This document shows positions 1-8,942 of a stretch of 64,000 bases of DNA, piece after piece. Position 1 is the stretch's first letter. Every line of letters starts with the position of its first letter. The notes under the pieces were generated by a model, which had not been told where the DNA came from, did no database searches, and saw only the letters and a list, made by a program, of their open reading frames with translations. The position numbers and the translations under genes are program-made. This stretch comes from a virus, in the IMG/VR virus record IMGVR_UViG_3300017917_003893, positions 1-64,000 of that record; one strand, 5' to 3'.

Positions 1-2
1 GT

Positions 3-1244
3 GGTTCATCGGGATCTTCAGGTACTTCAGGCTCAAGCGGATCGAGTGGATCATCTGGTTCTAGTGGATCAAGCGGATCTTCCGGTACTTCAGGCTCAAG
101 CGGATCATCTGGATCAAGTGGTTCATCGGGAACATCTGGTTCATCTGGTTCTAGCGGATCATCTGGATCATCAGGTTCATCAGGAACATCAGGTTCTAGT
201 GGATCTTCTGGTACAAGAGGAACATCAGGTACAAGTGGTTCATCAGGAACATCAGGATCTAGTGGCTCATCAGGTTCTTCAGGATCAAGTGGCTCATCAG
301 GTTCTTCAGGAACATCCGGTTCTAGCGGATCTTCAGGAACATCTGGTTCTAGCGGATCTTCTGGTACAAGAGGAACATCAGGAACATCAGGCTCTAGTGG
401 TACAAGTGGTTCATCTGGGTCAAGCGGTTCTAGTGGATCATCTGGATCAAGTGGTACAAGTGGTTCTTCCGGTACAAGAGGTACATCCGGAACATCAGGC
501 TCTAGTGGTAGTTCAGGTTCTTCTGGTTCAAGTGGTTCTTCCGGTACATCAGGATCAAGTGGTTCTAGTGGATCTTCTGGATCAAGTGGAACATCTGGTT
601 CATCAGGAACTTCTGGTTCAAGCGGATCATCAGGATCAAGTGGTTCAAGCGGATCATCAGGATCTAGTGGTACAAGTGGTTCTTCTGGTTCATCTGGATC
701 AAGTGGATCATCAGGAACTTCTGGTTCAAGTGGATCATCAGGAACTTCTGGTTCAAGCGGATCATCAGGATCAAGTGGTTCAAGCGGATCATCAGGATCT
801 AGTGGTACAAGTGGATCTTCTGGATCAAGTGGATCATCAGGATCAAGTGGTTCATCAGGAACTTCTGGTTCAAGTGGAACATCAGGTAGTTCAGGTTCTT
901 CTGGATCAAGTGGTACAAGAGGTACTTCAGGAACAAGCGGCTCATCTGGATCAAGTGGTACATCTGGATCAAGTGGATCAAGCGGATCATCAGGTTCTTC
1001 TGGTTCAAGTGGTTCTTCCGGTACATCAGGATCAAGTGGTTCTAGTGGATCTTCTGGATCAAGTGGAACATCTGGATCTAGTGGTAGTTCAGGTTCATCC
1101 GGATCAAGCGGATCAAGCGGATCAAGTGGAACATCCGGATCAAGCGGATCATCCGGATCAAGTGGCTCTTCAGGAACATCAGGATCAAGTGGTACAAGAG
1201 GTACATCTGGAACATCGGGCTTTGCTGGTAATGATGGCTCTAAT
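3..1244 (+). repeat. 9-bp-period Gly-X-Y repeat tract (GSS/GTS/GTR), about 138 triplets
   Basis: Gly codons stay in the 9-nt register from base 3 to base 1200 and beyond. Internal near-exact duplications, e.g. ~518-598 vs ~995-1075 and ~604-673 vs ~739-813. Confidence 0.95.
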
Positions 1245-4200
1245 TCTGGTATATGGACATATAATACCGGTGGTAGTACAACACCAGGAGCTACCATATT
1301 TACAGCTAATAATAATGCTATAAATGCTTTAGCATTAATATACATTAATGAAAATTCTCAAACAGGTGCATTATATACTTCATGGCTTACTACCTTATCA
1401 GGGTGGGTTGCTAACGGACATACTGTATATTTACAAATATATGAGAGAGGTAATAATAGTGTTCTTGGTATATGGCCTATAAGAACTGTAACTCCTGCTG
1501 GTTCAGTTTATGTTATAGATGTTACTGGTGGTAATATAGTTGCTAATGGTAACCTTTCTAATAATACAAATTATACAATATCTTGGGTTGTTAATGGTAT
1601 TTCTGGAACTAATGGGACATCAGGATCAAGTGGTACAAGAGGTACTTCAGGAACAAGTGGATCTTCTGGTTCTAGTGGCACTAGTGGATCATCCGGTTCT
1701 TCAGGAACAAGCGGATCATCTGGTTCATCTGGATCAAGTGGATCTTCAGGAACAAGCGGATCATCTGGTTCATCAGGATCAAGTGGATCATCTGGATCAA
1801 GTGGATCTTCAGGAACAAGCGGATCATCTGGTTCATCAGGTACTAGAGGTACATCAGGTACTTCAGGTACTTCAGGCACAAGCGGATCATCCGGTTCTTC
1901 TGGTTCTAGTGGATCATCTGGTTCTTCTGGTTCTAGTGGAACATCAGGATCTTCAGGATCATCGGGTTCTTCAGGATCATCTGGTTCTAGTGGAACATCA
2001 GGATCTTCGGGATCATCTGGTTCTTCGGGATCAAGCGGATCATCAGGTACAAGAGGTACTTCAGGTACATCTGGTTCATCGGGATCAAGTGGATCATCGG
2101 GATCCTCAGGTACAAGTGGTGTTAGTGGTGCCTCTGGAACATCCGGTTTAAGTGGATCATCTGGAACATCTGGTTCATCTGGTTCATCAGGTACATCAGG
2201 ATCAAGCGGATCTTCAGGATCAAGCGGATCATCAGGTACAAGAGGTACTTCAGGTACAAGTGGATCATCTGGTTCTAGTGGATCATCTGGATCAAGCGGA
2301 TCATCAGGTACAAGAGGTACTTCAGGTACAAGTGGATCTGTGGGTCCTGGTAATTTCGTACTATACTACACTGGTACTGACACATCTACTAATAATTTTG
2401 TGAGTCAAAATGTTACAATACTTGGTGTTACACCTCCTACTAATTTTGCTACAATTAATGGTGGTTATTTTAGATTTTCTATTACAGATAGATATGGTAA
2501 TGATATTTCTCAAACTCTTATAGATTTAAAAGATATTCTAGATAACTATGGAACCGTTGGTTTTATCATGGTGATGATTTCAAAAGTTAGCGATCCTACG
2601 CAGTATAATTATTATAGAGTCTGGGGTCAACTTTGGTCATTTACTGCCGGTAGTGGTTTACAGACAGATCATGTTTATTATAGTTCTGGTGCTGGTATAA
2701 CTGATTTTGGAACAGACGATATTGCTATAACATTTATTATACCTGGTAGACAAGGATCAAATGGAACAAGTGGTGGTGTTGGTGCAAGTGGTTCATCAGG
2801 TACATCAGGATCAAGCGGTTCCTCTGGTTCCTCAGGATCATCTGGTTCATCAGGTACAAGAGGTACATCAGGTACATCAGGATCAAGCGGTTCCTCAGGA
2901 TCAAGCGGATCGAGTGGTTCATCGGGTACTTCAGGTACAGGATTTAACACTGTTCAAAATCCTGGTACTAATAGAATACTATCAGCTTCCGGTTCATCAA
3001 CAAATCAAGCTTATGCTTGGACTACATTAACATATGATGGTAATACACTTTTAAATTCAGGTTCTTTTGCTCAGATATTAAATGGTAGTAATGTTTGGGG
3101 TGGTCAAATACCTCAATCTCTTTATGATACCTTTATAGTTAATGGTTCAGAGTCAGATTTTGTTGGTATCGGTAGTAAAACAGTTTCTGGTGCTGATAAT
3201 AACACACCAAGTATTATATTTGGTGATAATGGTGACGGTACAAATGATTTATTATTTAGTTATTTAGCTTGGGGAGCTGGATATACAGTTACTGATTTAA
3301 TGAAGCTTACTTGGGATGGTAAACTATTTATATTAACAACACCAACACTTAATGCTTCACCTACACAATATTTAACTAGAAACTCTACAACTGGTGAGAT
3401 TACCTACTCTAATGCTGGAGCTTCTGGATCATCTGGTACATCAGGATCAAGTGGTTCATCGGGTACTAGAGGTACATCAGGTACATCCGGTGTTTCTGGT
3501 GCTGCTGGATCTTCAGGCACATCAGGTGTTTCTGGTGCCACAGGTGTTGATGGTAATGATGGTTCTAATAGTGGTAGATGGAGAAATAATGGCACCGGTG
3601 GTGGAGCTCCTCCGTCTAATGCATTTACTTCGGATAATCCGGTGATAGCAAATATTACTAAACTAGAAATAAGTGATACTTCTTTAACATCAGGTGCATA
3701 TTTTAACTGGCACACTGCTGCTAGAAATTTACTAACAAACGGAAATACAATCTATTTACAATTATATGAGATAGGAAATACACAGGTATTGGGTATATGG
3801 ACAGTTACTAGTATAGTAAACTCAGGTGCTGGTTATCATACATATACTCTTAATCTTCCTACATTAGCAAATAATAGTAATATTACCAATGGTCAGTCAT
3901 ATACAATATCTTGGGTTGCTAATGGTAAAGATGGAACAAGTGGTACATCAGGATCATCTGGTTCTTCAGGTACAAGAGGTACATCAGGAACATCTGGATC
4001 AAGTGGATCTTCAGGTTCATCCGGCTCAAGTGGTACAAGAGGTACATCAGGAACATCTGGAGTGAATGGTGCGGCTGGAGCGGCTGGATCAAGCGGTACT
4101 TCAGGTACATCTCCCGCTGGTGGTGGTGTTGCGCTTTCTAATAACACTAATAACTATGTAGTAACTGCAACAGGTACCACTCCTGAATTGAATGGTGAGA

Positions 4201-4781
4201 TTGACTTGCAATTTGATGGTGAAACATTATTCCAACAATCGCCCGGTCTAACTTTGCCTAATAACCAAAAAGGTGGATTTGTTAGTAATTTAACAAGTGA
4301 TTTATTAACAAATAATGCTAGTGGTAATTATCCAGCCGAAAGTGATTATACAGGTGAAACTATATATGCTACTAACGTAGATAGTACTGCAATTTCTGTT
4401 GGTCAGTTATGCTATTGGACCGTTGTCAATGGTGCTCCTAATACATGGGGATTTAAATTGGCTACTGGTGGTGCTGGTTTGCAAAATACTTATATGTTGG
4501 GTATAGCTTTACAAGATATAAATACTAATGCACAAGGTCATTTCCTACTTAAAGGTTTTGTTTCAACTGTTCATGCTGATTTTAATGGTGCTACTGATGG
4601 TGAGCCTATATATATTCAAAGAAACACACCTGGTGGTAGAGTAACCTCAGCTGGAAACTATGCTGGTGGTGTTGGTGATGTTTATAGATCTGTTGGATAT
4701 ATAGTATCAACCGCTGGTAAAACTGGTGGTTCATTTGAAGTTATTAGGTTTGATCCTAGTACAGATTATATAATACTATAA
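3..4781 (+). CDS. Giant Ser/Thr-rich Gly-X-Y (collagen-like) virion fibre protein, 5'-partial (>1,590 aa)
   Basis: Frame 3 reads open from base 3 (GSSGSSGTS...) into the listed 2340..4781 ORF. Five Gly-X-Y tracts are separated by globular domains, two of them clearly homologous (1227-1598, 3552-3926). It also has fibre-type NN..NR/Y.V.TA.G...L.FDG motifs. Confidence 0.85.
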   Translation, partial: GSSGSSGTSGSSGSSGSSGSSGSSGSSGTSGSSGSSGSSGSSGTSGSSGSSGSSGSSGSSGTSGSSGSSGTRGTSGTSGSSGTSGSSGSSGSSGSSGSSGSSGTSGSSGSSGTSGSSGSSGTRGTSGTSGSSGTSGSSGSSGSSGSSGSSGTSGSSGTRGTSGTSGSSGSSGSSGSSGSSGTSGSSGSSGSSGSSGTSGSSGTSGSSGSSGSSGSSGSSGSSGTSGSSGSSGSSGSSGTSGSSGSSGTSGSSGSSGSSGSSGSSGSSGTSGSSGSSGSSGSSGSSGTSGSSGTSGSSGSSGSSGTRGTSGTSGSSGSSGTSGSSGSSGSSGSSGSSGSSGTSGSSGSSGSSGSSGTSGSSGSSGSSGSSGSSGSSGTSGSSGSSGSSGSSGTSGSSGTRGTSGTSGFAGNDGSNSGIWTYNTGGSTTPGATIFTANNNAINALALIYINENSQTGALYTSWLTTLSGWVANGHTVYLQIYERGNNSVLGIWPIRTVTPAGSVYVIDVTGGNIVANGNLSNNTNYTISWVVNGISGTNGTSGSSGTRGTSGTSGSSGSSGTSGSSGSSGTSGSSGSSGSSGSSGTSGSSGSSGSSGSSGSSGSSGTSGSSGSSGTRGTSGTSGTSGTSGSSGSSGSSGSSGSSGSSGTSGSSGSSGSSGSSGSSGTSGSSGSSGSSGSSGSSGTRGTSGTSGSSGSSGSSGSSGTSGVSGASGTSGLSGSSGTSGSSGSSGTSGSSGSSGSSGSSGTRGTSGTSGSSGSSGSSGSSGSSGTRGTSGTSGSVGPGNFVLYYTGTDTSTNNFVSQNVTILGVTPPTNFATINGGYFRFSITDRYGNDISQTLIDLKDILDNYGTVGFIMVMISKVSDPTQYNYYRVWGQLWSFTAGSGLQTDHVYYSSGAGITDFGTDDIAITFIIPGRQGSNGTSGGVGASGSSGTSGSSGSSGSSGSSGSSGTRGTSGTSGSSGSSGSSGSSGSSGTSGTGFNTVQNPGTNRILSASGSSTNQAYAWTTLTYDGNTLLNSGSFAQILNGSNVWGGQIPQSLYDTFIVNGSESDFVGIGSKTVSGADNNTPSIIFGDNGDGTNDLLFSYLAWGAGYTVTDLMKLTWDGKLFILTTPTLNASPTQYLTRNSTTGEITYSNAGASGSSGTSGSSGSSGTRGTSGTSGVSGAAGSSGTSGVSGATGVDGNDGSNSGRWRNNGTGGGAPPSNAFTSDNPVIANITKLEISDTSLTSGAYFNWHTAARNLLTNGNTIYLQLYEIGNTQVLGIWTVTSIVNSGAGYHTYTLNLPTLANNSNITNGQSYTISWVANGKDGTSGTSGSSGSSGTRGTSGTSGSSGSSGSSGSSGTRGTSGTSGVNGAAGAAGSSGTSGTSPAGGGVALSNNTNNYVVTATGTTPELNGEIDLQFDGETLFQQSPGLTLPNNQKGGFVSNLTSDLLTNNASGNYPAESDYTGETIYATNVDSTAISVGQLCYWTVVNGAPNTWGFKLATGGAGLQNTYMLGIALQDINTNAQGHFLLKGFVSTVHADFNGATDGEPIYIQRNTPGGRVTSAGNYAGGVGDVYRSVGYIVSTAGKTGGSFEVIRFDPSTDYIIL
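1596..2342 (+). repeat. Second Gly-X-Y repeat tract, about 83 triplets
   Basis: Gly at 1596 and at 2334 share the same 9-nt register, with GSS/GTS/GTR units between. Confidence 0.9.
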
Positions 4782-4791
4782 AATTAACATT

Positions 4792-5163
4792 ATGCCAAAG
4801 TATAACGGAATTTTAATTAAAAGTACAACTATTATTAGTGGTATAAGTATGTCGGGTAGAACATCTATTAAAATAGGTGGTAAAATTTTAACAATAGATA
4901 CTGCACCAACATATTACATGTATAATTTCAATAATACAGGTAGCTTTGAAGGAAATGAAGCTTGTGCTATTGGTGAGTTTGGTGAGCCTATAGAGTTATG
5001 GTTAAATCAACCAGATATAGGTCCAGGTGTAGTCGCTTATGCTGATTCCAGTGGTACTCCATTTAATGGTGGTAGAGTCTTTTATTTTAGTTCAGATTTG
5101 AAGGGTGTGGTTAATATAAATGAGGAGGGAATAATAACAGACTTTTTCTCATGTAAAAATTAA
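4792..5163 (+). CDS. Hypothetical protein, possibly fibre-associated
   Basis: 123-aa ORF starting 10 nt after the fibre stop codon. Confidence 0.65.
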   Translation: MPKYNGILIKSTTIISGISMSGRTSIKIGGKILTIDTAPTYYMYNFNNTGSFEGNEACAIGEFGEPIELWLNQPDIGPGVVAYADSSGTPFNGGRVFYFSSDLKGVVNINEEGIITDFFSCKN

Positions 5164-5909
5164 GGAGTTGAAACTCCTCTTTTAGAAACAACTAATGATG
5201 ACATCTTGTTTGCATAAACAATAGACTCTTTTACATCTCTATTCTCTATGTACTTTAGAATAAAAGATGACGTGAATGTGTCACCCGCACCACTGACATC
5301 TATAGTTTCCTGAGGATTATTGCTACTAAATATGACATCATTGAATTTAGCACCTTTGTCACCTAAAGTAACAATTATGTTTTTACAATCTTTTAAATGT
5401 TTATTGTTTATAGATTCTTTTTCATTTAGCTTTACAAATAAAAAAGAATCGACTATTTCTTTAGTTAATACTCTTTTTGAATCTATTATAGATATATTTG
5501 AATTTTTTCCTATTTTTAATAAATCATCATCTGATATAAATCCTTTATCATAATCGCTTACAATAACAACATCAAAATTTGTAATATCTGATATTCTATC
5601 TTCTATTAGTTCTATTTTAGATATTTCTTTCTCACCTTCATCTAGTCTAATAAACATGTGATTGCTTTTCTTTTCCACGAATCTAGTTTTAGTTATTTTT
5701 TCATCTTGATACCAATGTGTTACTAATATGTCTTTCCTCAATGAAATTAGATTTCTAACTACATTTCCAGCCATCCCATCATTTTCAACTACTTCTATAG
5801 GAACTAAAACAGGCACTGGTGCTTCTGGACTCAACCTAGATGCATCACAATAGATAAATCTATCCGTACACTTTTCACCAATTACTAAAATTTTAATCAT
5901 TACTTTCAA
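5160..5909 (-). CDS. hldA: D-glycero-D-manno-heptose-7-phosphate kinase (HldA/RfaE domain I, PfkB family)
   Basis: ILVIGE.C.DR.IY...SRLSPEAPVPV N-terminal signature, GMAGNV, SDYDKG, and the PfkB motif DVSGAGDTF. Confidence 0.85.
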   Translation of the reverse strand: MKVMIKILVIGEKCTDRFIYCDASRLSPEAPVPVLVPIEVVENDGMAGNVVRNLISLRKDILVTHWYQDEKITKTRFVEKKSNHMFIRLDEGEKEISKIELIEDRISDITNFDVVIVSDYDKGFISDDDLLKIGKNSNISIIDSKRVLTKEIVDSFLFVKLNEKESINNKHLKDCKNIIVTLGDKGAKFNDVIFSSNNPQETIDVSGAGDTFTSSFILKYIENRDVKESIVYANKMSSLVVSKRGVSTP

Positions 5910-6300
5910 TTATTTTTGTTGTTGAATACCCTTCTAATCTATCATAGAAGATTACTTTATCTACTAAATTAAATCCAACTACTTTTTTATCTTTATAGTC
6001 TGATCCAATTACTATTATATTAGAATTCCATTTTTTTATTTCATTTTCTAACTCAGTTTCATTTGAAAATGAAACAACACTATTAACATATTTTATAGAT
6101 TTCATAAATTCAATTCTATCATTGATATTATTAATAGGTCTTTTATCACCTTTTAACTTAGAAACTCTATCATCTGTGTCTATTCCAACTCTAACCTCGC
6201 CAAAACTACTAGCAAATTCTAATAATTTGATATGTCCTATGTGTAGTATATCAAATGTACCATTTACCCAAACCTTTACTTCTGTGAATCGCCTTTCCAT
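5893..6300 (-). CDS. hldC: Heptose-1-phosphate nucleotidyltransferase (HldC/RfaE domain II, cytidylyltransferase family)
   Basis: NGTFDILHIGH (HIGH motif), LKG..RPIN, GSDY, YSTTKII. Confidence 0.8.
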   Translation of the reverse strand: MERRFTEVKVWVNGTFDILHIGHIKLLEFASSFGEVRVGIDTDDRVSKLKGDKRPINNINDRIEFMKSIKYVNSVVSFSNETELENEIKKWNSNIIVIGSDYKDKKVVGFNLVDKVIFYDRLEGYSTTKIIESND

Positions 6301-6662
6301 ACTCTATATGAATCTGAATCTGAGTGAGTTGTTGATACTTCAAAAATAACTCCATCTGTTAGAGCTTCTAACTGATGAGGTTGACCAGGTTTTTGCCTTA
6401 CTGTATCACCTACAACTAGTTTTTGCTCAATTACATCTGCTGTTTCTGTATCAATCCATCTATATAAAAATTCTCCTTTATCTACATACCAAGTTTCATC
6501 TTTAATCATGTGATAGTGCATAGAGAATTTAGCACCTTTATTAAAACAAAGAAGTTTTCCACAATAAAGTTCATTGTTTTCAATTATAACTTCTTTGCCC
6601 CATCCTTTAGGAACACAACAACCTTCAGTCTTTAGAGCATTTATAATTTTAGGCTTTTGCAT
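6276..6662 (-). CDS. Cupin-fold protein, probable sugar isomerase/epimerase
   Basis: VPKGWGKE..., SMHYHMIKDETWY, PGQPHQL, FEVST cupin metal-binding pattern; lies within the sugar operon. Confidence 0.7.
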   Translation of the reverse strand: MQKPKIINALKTEGCCVPKGWGKEVIIENNELYCGKLLCFNKGAKFSMHYHMIKDETWYVDKGEFLYRWIDTETADVIEQKLVVGDTVRQKPGQPHQLEALTDGVIFEVSTTHSDSDSYRVWKGDSQK

Positions 6663-8847
6663 TTATAATTTTATTTATTTGATTAATAACCATTTGAGAT
6701 GATATCGACTTAGTGCATTCAAATTGTCTTTCAGTTCCTTTATGTTCTGGACACCAGTTCCAATCACCACCATTCAATCTATGTCTATTGAAGCAACCAT
6801 TACAAACATTTTTATTTATAACTCTATATGTGTTAATTGTTGTTTCACTATATTCTTCACTGAAACCTGATATTAAAACTGTTGGTAGACCTATAGCCCA
6901 TGATAACCAACTTAAACCAGATCCTAAACCAACAAAAAATTCACAAGTAGACATATCCTCTATTAGTCTTTCAATTGAACCAGGTTCAAATTTATTTATT
7001 CCAGTTGGATGATTATTACCCATATAACCATCATTCTCTTTAGAGTATAGAACTACTTCATATCCTAGTGAATTTAAGTAGTCAACAACTTCTTGCCAAC
7101 CTGTAGGATTATTCCAATATTTTGCTTGACAAGTAGAATGTAAACCTATACCAACTTTTTTCTTTTTATCTAGATTAGGTAATTTCAATAAAGGTCTAGT
7201 TTCTTTATACTCTAAACCTAAAATATCAGATGCTGTTTTTTGTAAAGGTTCTTTTCTAAAATCATTAGGATTTCTAGATTGGTCATACTCACCATTATCT
7301 TTATAAAACCATCCTATTTTATACATTGCGAATATATTATGAGCTGGCATACCTGGGTGAATAAATTCAATGTCAGGATATGTTTCGATAAATAGATCAT
7401 TCATGAATGTAGAAACTATCAAATCACATTGGTGTTTATCTTTAAATTCTCTAATATAAGGAATCCAAGATAAAGTATCACCTAAAGAACTACTTTCTAA
7501 AGCTATATAAACTCTTTTACCCTTTAAGTCTAGAGTGTAATCATATATTAGATTACTTTCTTCCCATACTTTAACATTCCATTTTGTATAATACTCTCTG
7601 TTTAATTTTACCCAATGGTTTATAGAAAGAACCTCACTGTAGTGACATTTACCTACTTCATCAAAAAACTCAATTTTAAATTTACTATCCGATGTTCCTT
7701 TTATTTCAATAAAAGGATTATTTACAAAGTTTACACTTATTTCTGGTTTTGGAATAAATCTACTTTGTTCCATTATAGGCATTCTGTGTATTTTTTTATA
7801 AAAATTAGAATAAGTATTTTTATATTGTTCCATTTGATCTTCAACTTCATATCTTCTTTCTGAGTAAAGAGTTTCTAATAATTTAGATTTAGTAGATTCT
7901 ATATCACCATCTATGTTGGTTATATAAGGTGTGTACATATCCATGTATTGGTCTAGATTTCTTGATAAAATTTTCAAACCATGTGAAACCGCTTCTCTTA
8001 AAACTAAAGGATTACATTCCCAAGTTGAGTTAAACATAAACAAATCTGCTGCTCTCATAAAATTATCAACATCCGCTCTTTCACCCCAAACTGTTACATT
8101 TGATGGTAGATTTTGCATAACAGGTCCCCAATAATCTTCAAAGTTTGGTGCTTGATTTCCGATAAAGTGAAAGTGTATTTCTGGATTAGACTCTTCTAAA
8201 AGTCTGGCAACTTCAACACCTTCTTTTTGGTTTTTACCAGAAGTCCACAATCCAACATTAATAACATGTTTTTTAGATAAGTCAAAACCTAAAAATGTCT
8301 TGGCTTCTTCTTTTTCAGCATCTGTTGATACTTTATTCTCAATAGGAAACTGAATTACTTCACCATATGATGGCATATCTGCAAAGGTTTTTGCTTTATG
8401 CCAAGGTGTACAGAAAGCATATCCATCAGGATTGAATTTTTTAGATGTGATAGGATTAAACCAAACATTATGACAAGTTTCGACCATTTTCCAAGTTCTG
8501 TTATTATCATATAAATCATTTAACATAGAATCTGGTATTTTATTTGAATGATCAAACCCTTCTAGTATTTCATCTGCGTGTACAATATCAATATTATTTT
8601 CACGAATAATATTCATTAAAATTGATTTATCCTCATATAGAGTAGTAAAGTTTTCAGGCTTTATTAAACTTTTAATCTCATTTTTTTGAACTACATAAGC
8701 CCAACCGCCAATATCAGCATATTCTACTACAAATAATTCAAAATCATCATTGTTAATTAATGCTTGTATTCTTTTTAATAAAAAAGATGGCATTCCTCCT
8801 GTTGATAAGTGAGGCGCTAAAAAAAGTATCTTTATTTTATCGGACAT
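6649..8847 (-). CDS. Two-module glycosyltransferase: N-terminal GT4 (GT-B) fused to an Aah/TibC-family protein O-heptosyltransferase
   Basis: N-half: HLSTGG, KNQ, AADLFMFNSTWECNPLVLREA (GT4 ExxxxxxxE motif). C-half: LDLKGKRV...SLGDTLSWIPY, FFVGLGSGLSWLSWAIG, LISGFS, and a four-Cys C.GC...WCP.H.GT.RQFECTK motif like the TibC iron finger. Confidence 0.85.
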   Translation of the reverse strand: MSDKIKILFLAPHLSTGGMPSFLLKRIQALINNDDFELFVVEYADIGGWAYVVQKNEIKSLIKPENFTTLYEDKSILMNIIRENNIDIVHADEILEGFDHSNKIPDSMLNDLYDNNRTWKMVETCHNVWFNPITSKKFNPDGYAFCTPWHKAKTFADMPSYGEVIQFPIENKVSTDAEKEEAKTFLGFDLSKKHVINVGLWTSGKNQKEGVEVARLLEESNPEIHFHFIGNQAPNFEDYWGPVMQNLPSNVTVWGERADVDNFMRAADLFMFNSTWECNPLVLREAVSHGLKILSRNLDQYMDMYTPYITNIDGDIESTKSKLLETLYSERRYEVEDQMEQYKNTYSNFYKKIHRMPIMEQSRFIPKPEISVNFVNNPFIEIKGTSDSKFKIEFFDEVGKCHYSEVLSINHWVKLNREYYTKWNVKVWEESNLIYDYTLDLKGKRVYIALESSSLGDTLSWIPYIREFKDKHQCDLIVSTFMNDLFIETYPDIEFIHPGMPAHNIFAMYKIGWFYKDNGEYDQSRNPNDFRKEPLQKTASDILGLEYKETRPLLKLPNLDKKKKVGIGLHSTCQAKYWNNPTGWQEVVDYLNSLGYEVVLYSKENDGYMGNNHPTGINKFEPGSIERLIEDMSTCEFFVGLGSGLSWLSWAIGLPTVLISGFSEEYSETTINTYRVINKNVCNGCFNRHRLNGGDWNWCPEHKGTERQFECTKSISSQMVINQINKIINAKA

Positions 8848-8929
8848 ATTATGATTGTATTTTTCTTATGAATTATATTATAAAATATGATAAAGTTACA
8901 TTTGATAATTAAAAAGTGCCTATAGAATT

Positions 8930-8938
8930 TAATATATA
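8930..8938 (+). promoter_or_regulatory. Putative late promoter TAATATATA (representative of 17 exact copies near gene starts)
   Basis: Lies 4 nt upstream of ATG 8943; the motif recurs before many virion genes (see findings). Confidence 0.65.
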
Positions 8939-8942
8939 CTTT

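Noticed and set aside
1-4147. Listed ORFs 1..1323, 1540..2151, 2152..2403, 2761..3030, 3394..3645 and minus-strand Pro/Asp/Glu or Leu/Met ORFs
   Set aside because: They are shadow frames of the Gly-Ser repeat; the frame-3 reading is continuous and contains the globular domains.
5160-8847. Host LPS locus or bacterial contamination
   Set aside because: The operon is contiguous with phage genes, has the same composition, overlaps the neighbouring phage ORF and lacks other LPS genes.
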